The translations under genes were made by a program, and so were the position numbers. A DNA stretch of 64,000 bases from assembly GCA_963697165.1 (NCBI GenBank), contig CAVOMX010000024.1, positions 84,767 to 148,766 of the forward strand, read 5' to 3'. Origin of the DNA: Candidatus Bathyarchaeota archaeon. GTDB lineage: Archaea > Thermoproteota > Bathyarchaeia > Bathyarchaeales > Bathyarchaeaceae. Positions 22,051-33,779 of the stretch are shown piece by piece (position 1 is the first letter of the stretch; each line of letters begins with the position of its first letter). The notes beneath the pieces were generated by a model. The model ran no database searches. It saw only the letters and a program-made list of their open reading frames with translations, and was not told the DNA's origin.

Positions 22051-24246
22051 ATGACCGAGATAATTCAAAAGATTCGACCAATGGTTAGGGGAACCGACGG
22101 CTTCATTATCCCTTGGAACCGAAACCAAATCGTGGAGCAGCTCCTGACAGAAACAAAATTGGCTGAAGAATTCTATGAAACAAGAGCCATAAACAGGCAA
22201 GAGGCTGAAGAAATAGCTTTTGAGGTGGAAACGAAAGTTTTTGATTTGAACCTCAAGTTCATCAGTGGACCCCTTATACGGGAACTGGTAAACAATGTTC
22301 TGTTATCCAAGTCTGCACAGAAGCCCGAGTTTGCGCTTTACAGAAACATTTTGACTCGAGTAGGTGCGCCCGTCTATGACGCATACCTGATGGATGTGGG
22401 ACAGGGCTTCAAGGCAAAAGAAAACGCAAATCTTCAACCTAACCCAGAAACCGCTCACAAGAGAAAAGCAGACTGGGTTTCAGGAGAAGAATACCTGCTG
22501 CTGATGCCTCCCAAAATTGCTGACGCACACCTGTCAGGCGACCTCCACATCCACGACCTAGAATATTTCGGAACCCGACCCTTCTGCCAAGACTGGGACC
22601 TCCGATACTTCTTCTATTACGGGTTGATGCCTGACGGACTCGGCACCAGAACAAGCATTGCTGGTCCAGCCAAACATCCAGAAGTTGCAATTCTGCACAC
22701 CGCCAAGATACTAGCTTCTGCACAGACAAACTTTTCTGGCGGCGAAGGCTTCTACAACTTCCTAATTTTCCTTGCCCCATACTTTAGAGGCTTGACTTAC
22801 GAGCGAGTCAGGCAGCTTATGCAAATGATGTTCTTTGAGTACACTCAGGCTTACGTGGCTAGGGGCGGTCAGCTGGTCTTCAGTAACATTCAGGTGCAGC
22901 CGGGAGTTCCTGACCTCTGGAAAAATGTTCCTATTGTAATGAATGGACGTGTTGGACCAGACGTTTACGGAAACTACGAGGATGAAGTCCGCCTCATGTT
23001 CCGTGCCCTTTATGATGTGGCTGGCAAAGGCGACGCCTGGGGAAAGCCCTTCAACTTTCCGAAGCTCGAGAACTCTTTGAGTCCCGAGTTTTTCAAGCCC
23101 GAATACGATGATGTGTGGCTTGACGTTCACAATGTTGTAGCCAAGTTTGGGCTTCCCTACTTTGATAACTTGATGCCCGCTTACAGGGGCTACGGCAAAG
23201 GAGTTTCATGTTACCAGTGCTGTGCCTACTGTTTTGTTGAAACTCCTGAAGACAGCCCAGACTTCTACGATAAGCTCAATTTCAATGGCGGAAAGCACTT
23301 TACGATGGGAAGCTGGCAGGTTACCAGCATGAATCTTCCAAGACTTGCTTACAAAGCCAACGGAAACGATGAGATGCTCTTTGAGGAGAGTCGCAGGCTG
23401 ATGGATTCTGCTCTTGACGTGTTCAAAGCCAAGAAGAAGTGGATGAATCTTGCCTTGAAGCACGACAGGATACCTTTCGCCACCCAGAGACCTTTGGATC
23501 CACGAACTAGAGAGAAGGGAACTCAGGCTGTAGACTTTGATGCATTAACCTTTACGATTGGTCTTGTGGGCGGAAACGAGATGGCTCAGTATCACACGGG
23601 CTATCAGCTGCACGAAAATCAGGAATCAGTCAAGATTCTTATCAAACTGATTCTGGAGATGCAGAAATACAAGAAGGTTCTGGAGGAGAAGAGCGGCTAC
23701 AAGATTGCCTTAGCGCGGACTCCTGCTGAGTCTACCGCTCAGAGGTTCGCTATAGCTGACCTGCTCACGGACGGTTATCGGAAACATGCGGAGAAGATGA
23801 TTAAGGGAAATGTGAATCAAGCCAAGGTTCTGCTTGCTGACCGAAAGAAGGATGTTCCAATATACTACAGTAATGGAACACACGTTGATGTAGGCGCTAA
23901 ATTGGGGCTGTTTGACCGTATGAACATCGAGCAGAAGTTCTTCCCACTCTTGAACGGCGGAAACATGCTACATATTTGGTTGGGAGATGCCAATCCGGAC
24001 CCTGAAGCCCTATACAAACTGACCAAAAAAATCACCACACAAAGCAACATCGGCTACTTCGCTTACACCAAGGATTTGACCGTCTGCAGTAACTGCGGAA
24101 AAGTCACTTCGCCAATGCGGGAACAGTGCCCCCACTGCAATTCCAACGATGTAGAATGGTGGTCAAGAGTAACAGGATATTATCAGGCAGTTAGCGGATG
24201 GAACAAGGGCAAAAAACAGGAACTGATGAACCGTTACAGAATCTGA
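22051..24246 (+). CDS. nrdD: Anaerobic (class III) ribonucleoside-triphosphate reductase
   Basis: ATP-cone, HIHDLEY, RPFC, YQCC, TPAEST, CxxC...CxxC, SRVTGYY glycyl-radical loop, WNKGK. Confidence 0.97.
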   Translation: MTEIIQKIRPMVRGTDGFIIPWNRNQIVEQLLTETKLAEEFYETRAINRQEAEEIAFEVETKVFDLNLKFISGPLIRELVNNVLLSKSAQKPEFALYRNILTRVGAPVYDAYLMDVGQGFKAKENANLQPNPETAHKRKADWVSGEEYLLLMPPKIADAHLSGDLHIHDLEYFGTRPFCQDWDLRYFFYYGLMPDGLGTRTSIAGPAKHPEVAILHTAKILASAQTNFSGGEGFYNFLIFLAPYFRGLTYERVRQLMQMMFFEYTQAYVARGGQLVFSNIQVQPGVPDLWKNVPIVMNGRVGPDVYGNYEDEVRLMFRALYDVAGKGDAWGKPFNFPKLENSLSPEFFKPEYDDVWLDVHNVVAKFGLPYFDNLMPAYRGYGKGVSCYQCCAYCFVETPEDSPDFYDKLNFNGGKHFTMGSWQVTSMNLPRLAYKANGNDEMLFEESRRLMDSALDVFKAKKKWMNLALKHDRIPFATQRPLDPRTREKGTQAVDFDALTFTIGLVGGNEMAQYHTGYQLHENQESVKILIKLILEMQKYKKVLEEKSGYKIALARTPAESTAQRFAIADLLTDGYRKHAEKMIKGNVNQAKVLLADRKKDVPIYYSNGTHVDVGAKLGLFDRMNIEQKFFPLLNGGNMLHIWLGDANPDPEALYKLTKKITTQSNIGYFAYTKDLTVCSNCGKVTSPMREQCPHCNSNDVEWWSRVTGYYQAVSGWNKGKKQELMNRYRI

Positions 24247-24397
24247 ATGCAGAAAATCTTAGTAAACGTAACGTGGCAGCAGTAAACTCGCCAGAAATTT
24301 CTTTTTCAACTCTTGTATCAGTAAGTTTAAAATAGTGGCTAAATAAATTACTGCCAAGTAATTCTCTTAATCCTGCGTGGAGTGTCAAAATAGAAAA

Positions 24398-25466
24398 ATG
24401 GCAAAGGCCAGAAGTAACGGAACCTGTAAGAATATATCCCCTTTGTTGTCGGATTTGCGACCAAACGACTGGAGTGACAATCGTGAACGCCAACTTAAAC
24501 TAAAACGTCAGTCTTGGCAGGTTATGGTTGGTAACACAATATTTCTTGAAGCAAGAAACTTGGCTCCTATTCTGGGATGTGAACGTGTTTATCTGAAGTT
24601 TGAGGGCAGCAATCCTACTGGAACCCAGAAAGACCGCATCGCTATGGTACTTGCTGATCAGGCGGTTACTTCAGGACTAGAAGGGATTACCTCCGCAACC
24701 TGTGGTAACTTTGGTGTAGCAATCGCCTACGCTGCGCGGCATTATGATTTGGCTGCCAATATCTATATTCCCAAAAAATATGATGTGCCAAAGGATCGGC
24801 TGAAACGTATGGAAAATTTTGGGGCAAAGGTGCATTTTGTTGATGGTTACTATGAGGATGCAGTGGCTTACTCTTCTCAGCAGGCAATAGAATGTAACTG
24901 GTTTGATGCCAATCCTGGAGTAAACGAGGTTCCGGAATTGTCTTTAGCTGCATATGGAGAAATTTCGTTTGAGATTTATCGCGATTTGAGGCGGGTTCCA
25001 AACTATATTTTCTGTCCTGTTGGAAACGGCACATCTACTTGCGGGCATCTATGCGGGATTCAAAAAATTATACTTATCGGGTAAGACTATGACTGTTCCG
25101 AAGATGGTGGCTACCAGTACACGGCGAGGCAACCCTGTCATAAAGTCATTCAAAGCAAATAAGCGAACAATATTTGATCTAAAACCTGAGGAAATCAAAG
25201 AGAGCAAAATCAATGAGCCTCTAACCAACTGGCATGCATTCGATGGACAACTTGCCCTAGATGCAATTTATGAATCTGGAGGCTTCGCAGAATACGCTTC
25301 AGACACAAAAATGATGGAGTTCTCAAAGCTGGTTCGCTCAGAAGAAGGACTAAGTGTTCTACCCGCAGCCGCTAGTACCCTTGCTGTTATGCAAACTCTC
25401 GGCAGAGAGGGTTTCATTGTTAAAGGAACATTCGTGGCTATCCTGACTGGCAGAGACTTTGACTAA
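24398..25466 (+). CDS. Threonine synthase-like fold-type II PLP enzyme (frameshift near 25040)
   Basis: VGNT, LKFEGSNPTGTQKDR, ATCGNFG, PVGNGT, EEGLSVLPAAA, ILTG. Confidence 0.88.
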
Positions 25467-25493
25467 GATCTGCCCAAATAGTCCAAAATGGAA

Positions 25494-26081
25494 CTACAGC
25501 ACAAGTTTCATGATGACGTCTCCTTTTTCAGAAATGGAGACTGTCTCAAATCCATGTTTTGCGTAGAACTGCTGTAGAAGAATTCCTTTCTCGTCCATTA
25601 ATTCGGTGTCCAAAACTATTGCCTGAAACTGTTTTGTTTTTGCCCAGCGAATCATAAACTCGATAACAATGTTTCCGATGCCTTCGCCTCTGCGTTTGAC
25701 AGCGAAAGTGTCAAAATAGTATGATTTTGAATGTTCTTCTTGAATCGAGTAGCCAAGAAGAAGAATTTGGGGCTCACCATCCACTATGATAAACCAGAAA
25801 ATCAGGTCCGGATTCTCAAGTATCTTCGTTAACTCTTCAAAGGAGTACTGTAGCTCCCGTCTGAAGCCTGTCTCCTCAATGCTGTGAAACCATGAGAAGT
25901 AATGTTTGTTCCATTCTGTTGGAAAAACTATTTCTAGTTCTCCCTCATACCTGTTGGCTAGCTCGTCTAGAAGCTGCCGCCAAAGTGGATTATCTTTTTC
26001 TGGTTGGAGTATCGATTTTGTTTTATTCACAGCTTTCTTTTCTCTCCCAAAGGCTGCTCGTTGACTACCTAACTTTGGCAC
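25494..26081 (-). CDS. GNAT-family N-acetyltransferase
   Basis: DTFAVKRRGEGIG acetyl-CoA motif A; FYAKHGF. Confidence 0.8.
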   Translation of the reverse strand: MPKLGSQRAAFGREKKAVNKTKSILQPEKDNPLWRQLLDELANRYEGELEIVFPTEWNKHYFSWFHSIEETGFRRELQYSFEELTKILENPDLIFWFIIVDGEPQILLLGYSIQEEHSKSYYFDTFAVKRRGEGIGNIVIEFMIRWAKTKQFQAIVLDTELMDEKGILLQQFYAKHGFETVSISEKGDVIMKLVL

Positions 26082-26083
26082 TT

Positions 26084-27078
26084 CTATAGTTTTAGACCAT
26101 AGCGGCTACATGCAGATTCGAGAAGTCTGCGGATAAGCTCATCGTAGCTGTAGCCAGATTTCATTGCCATGTACGGATAGAATGACAGATCGTTTTCGTC
26201 TAGTATCGAAGTCCATTCCGGGTAGAGGATTGATTTCTAAGAAAAACAGTTTCCCTGCACTGTTCATACGAAAGTCGATTCTCGCAAAATCTTTAACATC
26301 CAATGCATACCAGATATCACGTGAAAGCTGCTCAAGCGTGTTCTTCAGTTTTTCTGGAATTTGTGCGGGACAAATGTAGTGGTCCAGCGAGTCTAGAACC
26401 GTTTTGGCTCGTTGCCCAAATACGCCACCTACTTCAGGGAACTTGGAGAAATCGATTTCCAGAATAGCAAGAACCTCTGGCACTTCGCCTGCTCGTCCTA
26501 GTAATCCGGTGCTGAATTCTCTACCCTCAATAAACTGTTCAATGAGGATCGGCTGCTGATACTCTCTAGCATCTGTTTTAGTCTTGTGTGCAGTTGTGTT
26601 TTGTCGTGTACCAAGTTTTCTTCTGTGATTCCGATCGAGGAGCCTTCTTCGTTGGGCTTTAGGATATATGGGAAGCCTTCAGTGATTTTCTTTGCTTCTT
26701 GAAGGTTTTTGCATACGTAAAATTTTGGTGTAAATATGTCTGTGATAAAGGAGAGCCTTTTTTGTCCATGCTTTGTTTAGGCAAATCGCGGTAGTCAGCA
26801 CGTTAGCGCCAACATATGGTATTTCAAGCATTTCAAGTATTGCTGGCACATGCGATTCACGGCTATCTCCTTTTAGACCCTTCTGCTCTGTTAAAGACAA
26901 GGTCTGGTTTTGCTGCTTTGATGTTTTCAGCAAAGTTTTCGTCAGCTTCAACAAAGACGTACTCATGTCCAGTGGCTACGATGCCATGTTTTATGAGTTC
27001 AATAGTGTGAGGAGGATCGTACTCGACCTCAAATTCGGTTTCTGCGTGGCGAGTATTCAAAACTAGTGCTATCCGCAT
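26084..27078 (-). CDS. D-Ala-D-Ala ligase-like ATP-grasp protein (several indels)
   Basis: DLVFNRAEG, RESHVPAILEMLEIPYVG, KPNEEGSSIGI, IEQFIEGREF, ARIDFR, FLEINPLPG. Confidence 0.88.
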
Positions 27079-27175
27079 ATATTTTCATCCCACCTAAGGA
27101 TAGGAATCTGGCATAATTAAAATTAGCCCTTCTATCTGTTTATTCTGTTAAATCTGGAATGTTGCCAGTTCCTCT

Positions 27176-28547
27176 TCAAAGATCGAATGTCACGTTGTTC
27201 CTCAATTCTTTAGGAACAGATATCGAAGTATGTAAGGTGCAAAACGTTTTCCACAGTTCCTCTTCCCTGTCTTTTGCTTCTTGATATAGTGGGCTTGCCT
27301 TAAACTCCTCAACGAGTCCTCCCTTCAGCTCCCTTCTTGGCTGCAAGATAGAACGCAAAAAGCTGTTCATCTCTGCCCACCTTAGTGTGAGCATACGTCA
27401 TTGTAATCGATTTTCCTCCAAACAACGTAAAAAATCGTTTATACTCACGCTCTAGCATGTTCTCTCGTAGTCCAATCTTTGTTGGGTCGATTCCGCTTCC
27501 AACACACATCAAATACATTTTAGCGCAGATTGAGCAGTTGTGGCACCAGTGATAGTTTCGTCCTGCCTCTGTTTCGGTGAAGCAACTCATCTGATATTTT
27601 GCAATCTCTGGATACCGATGCGCCAGAATATACTGGATCATCATGTCCATAAGCGGCTCTATCAAGCTTCCAGTGTTGACTGAGCGTCCCGAGAAGGTCT
27701 GTGTAATCTGGTCAATATGCACAGTCCAACGGTGAGACTGATCATAGCAGGGATGAACTGTCCATCTGTCCTCGGAGTCCATGTAAGTTGAGGCAGCAGT
27801 TTGCTCGTTACCAAACAGCAGATACTTCGCTTTGAGAGCATACGCGAACGGTATCAGCTCCAGCGCATACTCTGTTGTCTGAAGCCCCCACCCCATTTCT
27901 GTGAATGGCACTCCCAGATGTGGATAGTCGCGAAACTTTCCTGTTTCGTGCCTCAGAATGTTTAGTTGTTTGCCGAATTCGTTTTTGAATCGTCTCGCTA
28001 GTTCTGTTTTGTGTTTCTGTTCGTAGGTCATACTCTGCTCTACAACGTAGACCATTTCAGGTTCAAGACCGATTTCGTCTGCTACTGCGTATGTCAGGAG
28101 GCTGTCTTTTCCGAAGCTTGTTCCAACAAGGGCGCCGGATGGCGTATCTACAGGCTGCTTGGAGGGATAGGTTATTTCTGGGTCTAGAAACTGGTAATCT
28201 GTGTTAAAGAATTTTCGAACAATCTCGTCAGTGCTGGTTCCATCAACCTCTGTGCATGACGGGATGTCTTTCAAGAAGTTTTGGACAAAGTAGGGTTCCA
28301 GTAGAGGACACCCTGAATGGTAAATGATGCTGGGTGCGTCTAGTACGAGCGGCAGGTGCATGGTGGTGGCGAGTGCAAGGTTGTCTTTTAGTGCTGTTTG
28401 TGTTTCTTTTGGTGTTGCTTTCCAGACATACGTTGGATATACTATTGGGTAGGATGTTTCGCAAAAACGAATGCCCACCCCGTTATCGGTGACCCTTGAA
28501 TGGATATGTATCTGCTTCATGACAAAAGAATTTGGCGAAAGTCCCAT
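27176..28547 (-). CDS. PP-loop ATP pyrophosphatase-fold protein, MurL (peptide epimerase)-like; frameshift near C-terminus
   Basis: SFGKDSLL PP-loop, GNEQTA, SCF...WCHNCSICAK Cys cluster; the family assignment is by motif recall. Confidence 0.55.
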
Positions 28548-28572
28548 TAATAACTGTGTATGCAGGCGATTT

Positions 28573-28695
28573 CTAGTCTTCTTCCGCTAGCTGCATAGGT
28601 TGTCCGCAGCAGACAAGTATTCCGTTACCTGATGCGATAACTTCTACTACGTTACCGCAGATTTTGCAGGCATACATTTCTCCTTCTGTGGTCAT
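28573..28695 (-). CDS. Desulforedoxin-like small iron protein (40 aa; not in ORF track)
   Basis: MTTEGEMYACKICGNVVEVIASGNGILVCCGQPMQLAEED, with GGAGGTGA RBS upstream. Confidence 0.92.
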   Translation of the reverse strand: MTTEGEMYACKICGNVVEVIASGNGILVCCGQPMQLAEED

Positions 28696-28718
28696 CGGTT
28701 CACCTCCTTGGGCGGGAT

Positions 28719-29898
28719 TTAGAGTTCTGTTGAGGGAAACTCTATTCGCCGCAAATACTTCTTGGCATACTCTGGCTCATGGGCAAGCTCTTGACTTCTT
28801 AGAAGTTGTCTCTCAAGCCGACTCAATGCTGTCGCGAAACGTTGCTTCAACTCCGTAGCCTTCGCTGGAACTAAAGAAGGATCCTTTTCTTGTCCTAAAT
28901 TGGAGCCGACAGTGAATCAACTGCTCTCCCTTGTAGTTCGTTCCATGAGTTTTCATGTACACGAAAAGTGTGCCAGCTTCCAGTGTCTTTTGGTATTTGA
29001 GTGAGAATACTTCAAAGTCGCCCATTATGAATCCGCGTTGAATACCGTCTATTTCTACCCCCTTAACTGAAAACTGGACTGTTATCCGCTGTTTTGGCAT
29101 ATCCATTTCAGCTAGCGGCTCAAGAAGGTCTCTTTTTGTCACAATGCCTGCAGGTCTTCCTTTACTGATAACCACCAGCGAGGAAATGGTAAATTTCTGC
29201 ATCTTCTCCACAGCGTCTTTCAGCGTGTTTTCGGGTAAAACTGTGATGACCGGCTTCGTCATTATTCCCTTCGCTGAAATACTTAGAACTTGAACTTTTT
29301 CTCCTGCTATATCGCCTACTTTTTGGCGTTGTTTTGGTTGAAAGATGCCTGTGATGATGTCCTTGATGCTTACGATGCCCACGAGGGTACCGTCTCTAAC
29401 TATGGGCGCATGAGAGATGCCATGCTCCTTAAAGAGGCTCAGAACGGCTCCCACGGACTCGTTTTCTTCAACAAGGAACGGCTTCTTGGTCATTATATCC
29501 TCAACTTTTGTGTTCCCCCACTTCCCGACCACTGCTCCCTGAATAATTGCATCATCCGTAACGATTCCTTCCATTTTCTCGCCGCTGAAAACCGGAAGTT
29601 GACTAATTCCACTGGTTACCATGAGTCTCGCTACCTCGCTGAGACTATCATCTGGTGTTACTTTAGGTGCTGAACGCATCAAACTCTCCACTTTGGTTGT
29701 GGAAGGATCATACCTTGACCTAACTATCCATCTGTAGGAAATTACGCCCGCGTATTTTCCTTTACTGTTTAAAACAACCAAAACTGGTGTCGATTCTTCT
29801 TTAAGGATAGAAAGACATACAGAAAGCGTGTCGTCTTTGCTGACGCTCTTAAACTTGGTTGAAAACACATCTTTTACTATACTTGAAACCATACCCAT
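28719..29898 (-). CDS. Four-CBS-domain protein with C-terminal HPF/RaiA-like domain (putative ribosome hibernation factor); frameshift near 28835
   Basis: Four CBS repeats, then ITVQFS...HCRLQFRTRKGSFFSSSEGYG and TALSRLERQL (shifted frame). Confidence 0.8.
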
Positions 29899-30004
29899 TT
29901 CTCCAAATAACACATTTCTACAAAAAGCGATTTAAACGTATATTACTATCTCTTGTACAGTCTTTAACGTTTTGCCTGCCCTACACTTGCATAAACTGTT
30001 CTGG

Positions 30005-30926
<922 letters not shown>

Positions 30927-31126
30927 GCATTACACCAGACACATTTTAGCAACTCGTAAATAAATGCTTAATCTATCAAAAATTATCTAGTTCTATTTTA
31001 TGAGCTTCGTTGGGAGGGTTAAGTTTGTTATGCAAAAAGTTTTGCTCCAAAAAAGCACGTAATTTAACGTGCGAATGAATGCTGAATCCCAAGCCTGTTT
31101 AGGGGATTAGTAGGCGCAGGATTCTG

Positions 31127-32234
31127 TTATATCAACTTCATAGAATCAACTATGTTGTGTAGACTGTCTTCGTTTTTGCTGCCCAAATCTCCGATTACAG
31201 ATTCGACGGTCATGTTGAGTACAATTTCTGCTATGTCCATAGAATATTCTGCTATTCTTCTGACACTCTCAATCACCAACCGAATGTTAGATGCCTCTTC
31301 TATATCCGTCTCTTTTGAGGAAAGCAGAGCCTTCTTCTCCAGAGAAACTATCTTGTTAGCTCTTGCGATAACGCTTTCTGCTAAGTCAAAATCACGCCTA
31401 AACAACGATTCTATCGAAGTTTCAAAAGAGGAAATCGCCACTTCATTCATTTCCTGAATTGATTGAAGAAACTCTTCGTCTAATTGTTTTTTGAGTAGCA
31501 ATACATTTTTTGCTATGTTTGTTGCGTGGTCGGCTGTTCTTTCAACCATTTTAGTTATGAGCCTGTAGCCGAGGCAATCTATTGGTGTTTTTAATCCTAT
31601 CTCTGTTATTATTCTCGGGTTCTGAATCGCCATCTTTAGCTGCCGTATTATGTATAGATGAAATCTGTTAACGTCATAAGTCGGTGGCTCTGACATCCTT
31701 TGCTAATTGGTAATCAAGGTTCTTGAGAGCAGTTATCGCATCCTTATGCATAGACGCTGTTATGATTGACATTCGCCGCAAAGCGCTCGGAACAGATAAT
31801 TCAGGATAATTTAATAAAACCTGTAAAGTCAAGTCTGTGGAAGTGTCAGTCACTATTTCTGTTCCAACAAGCATGTTTCGAGCAAAAGTTTTGATGGCAT
31901 TTCTTTGTGTTGACAAAATTTCTTTTTGGTCTTTTGCTCTTATGTGAATTATGTTATAGCCCAGCAAATACGTGGCTACAGTTTTTCTTATCAACGCCTC
32001 AGAGTTGTCTTCCGGAGAGACTTTGATTAATGCCTCTTCTGTTTTTTCCGTTTTTCCAATGTCTGGAGGTAAAATTGTTAAAAGCCCATTTTCTTCCTGT
32101 CTGACAAGCAATGAACTGCCTTTTTCAAGCCCGTTTTGGGTAACCCACCTTTTTGGCAACGAAAGCACGTAGGTTGATCCTCCCGTGACTTGAAGCTTTC
32201 TTGTTTCCTCATCTTTCAACGAATTATCCCTCAT
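31127..32234 (-). CDS. phoU: Phosphate uptake regulator, AbrB-type N-domain + PhoU domains (frameshift near 31685)
   Basis: RKLQVTGGSTYVLSLPKRWV, LRRMSII, VERTADHA, ESVRRIAEY. Confidence 0.88.
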
Positions 32235-32618
32235 TATTTTTTCACCGAATTATATAGACTATATTGGAATCTGTATAATGAATTGACAAACTATTTAATT
32301 GTTTTATCCCTTTATCTCCCTGACTATGATGCAGAACAATGAAAAAACTGACACAACACCGGTAACACCAGATATTATTAATAGAACTACCCGGCACTGC
32401 TACAATGATAGAATCAAACTTGTCAAAACACTGGCGAACAACATGAAAATCCACCAAAAATGTCTGAATTACATTTGCACACGCATGCAAGACTCGACCT
32501 TACAGACGCCGCTACACAGCCTCTTATCTTTGGACACACGAACCTTTATTCAGACCGTCTTTTTTGAAAGCGAAGTTTTTATACCGATATTTTGAATACT
32601 ATTGCGAGGCTGATCAGG

Positions 32619-33779
32619 ATGGATCGTAGAAACAAACGTCGCCTGAGGTTGTTTCCAAAACAAGGCTACATCATGCTTCTTATCGGAATCCTGCTCGGCT
32701 TCATGCTCTTCTTGGCAGTCTCCTCACTCACATACCAAGGAGGAAGTGGAGGCGCAGGACAGGAAGGATTACCCTCAAACATCAGTTTCACGTTCCTTTA
32801 CACCAGCGAAAAACAAGGCTGGTTAGAAGAAGTTACCCCAGCATTTGAACAGTGGTTTTTTGAACGCTTCAACATTAACGTTAATGTAGACCTTGTAGTG
32901 ACCGGAAGCCACGACAGCGTAAACCTCATCCTTCAGGAAAGTGCACAACCAACCGCTTGGAGTCCAGCATCAAGCATCTGGATACCTTACCTGAACCAGA
33001 AATGGACCGATTTAGGAAAGGGACAAGCAATAGCTCAGGACTCAACTCCTCTTGTTTTGTCTCCCGTCGTAATAGCGGGATGGTCTTCATTCTTTGAAAA
33101 ATAATAATGTGACTAGCTTCAAAGACCTGTATCAGTTGGCAAAGGACGGAGTCTCTTACAAGTACGGCCATCCAGACCCACTACTGAGTAATGGTGGTGT
33201 CATGGCTGAAGTTCTAGAATTCGCTGAAGCATTAAACAAGAAACCTGAAGATTTCGTTTTGGACGATTTCTTGAACAAAGATGCTCTTGATTTCGTTAGA
33301 ACTATTGAATCAAAAACAGTAAACTATGGAAAAAGCACAGGCTTCTTTGGAAGCTGGGCAGCAGAGAACGGTCCAACTGCGATTGACTGTTTTGCAGTTT
33401 ACGAAAGCGTAGTAATTAGTAACGCAGACAAAGCCACTAAGACATGGGGTGATTCACTTAGTGGCAATCTATCCCGAAGCTGGAACCCTTCTTTCTGATC
33501 ATCCTTTTGTCATTTTAAACGCGCCTTGGGTTAGCGAGTACCAAAAATTTGCTGCATCCCAATATCTTTTCTATCTGCTTCAGGAAAATAATCAAGACAA
33601 AGCTCAAGAATACGGATTTAGGCCAGCCAACCCCAACGTTCCCCTTAACTGCCGACATCTTCAACATACAAAATGGCGTTGAATTTGAAATCAATGTTCC
33701 AACTTATCGGCCTTTGTCAGGAGAAGCGATGGAAAATCTTTTCACGGTTTGGCCTTCTGTGAAAAATCCTGGAGTGTGA
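32619..33779 (+). CDS. Membrane-anchored extracellular solute-binding protein (three frameshifts)
   Basis: N-terminal TM segment; TSEKQGWL, PTAWSPASS, LSPVVIA, GHPDPLLSNGG, KSTGFF, YPEAGTLLSDHP, YGFRP. Confidence 0.75.

Noticed and set aside
26084..27078. Evidence for peptidoglycan synthesis (true Ddl)
   Set aside because: No Mur ligases, MraY or PBPs are in the window; Ddl-like ATP-grasp enzymes have many other substrates.
32242..32595. ORFs 32242-32490 and 32299-32595 as real genes
   Set aside because: They have no motifs or RBS and overlap each other in the divergent promoter region between phoU and the SBP gene.
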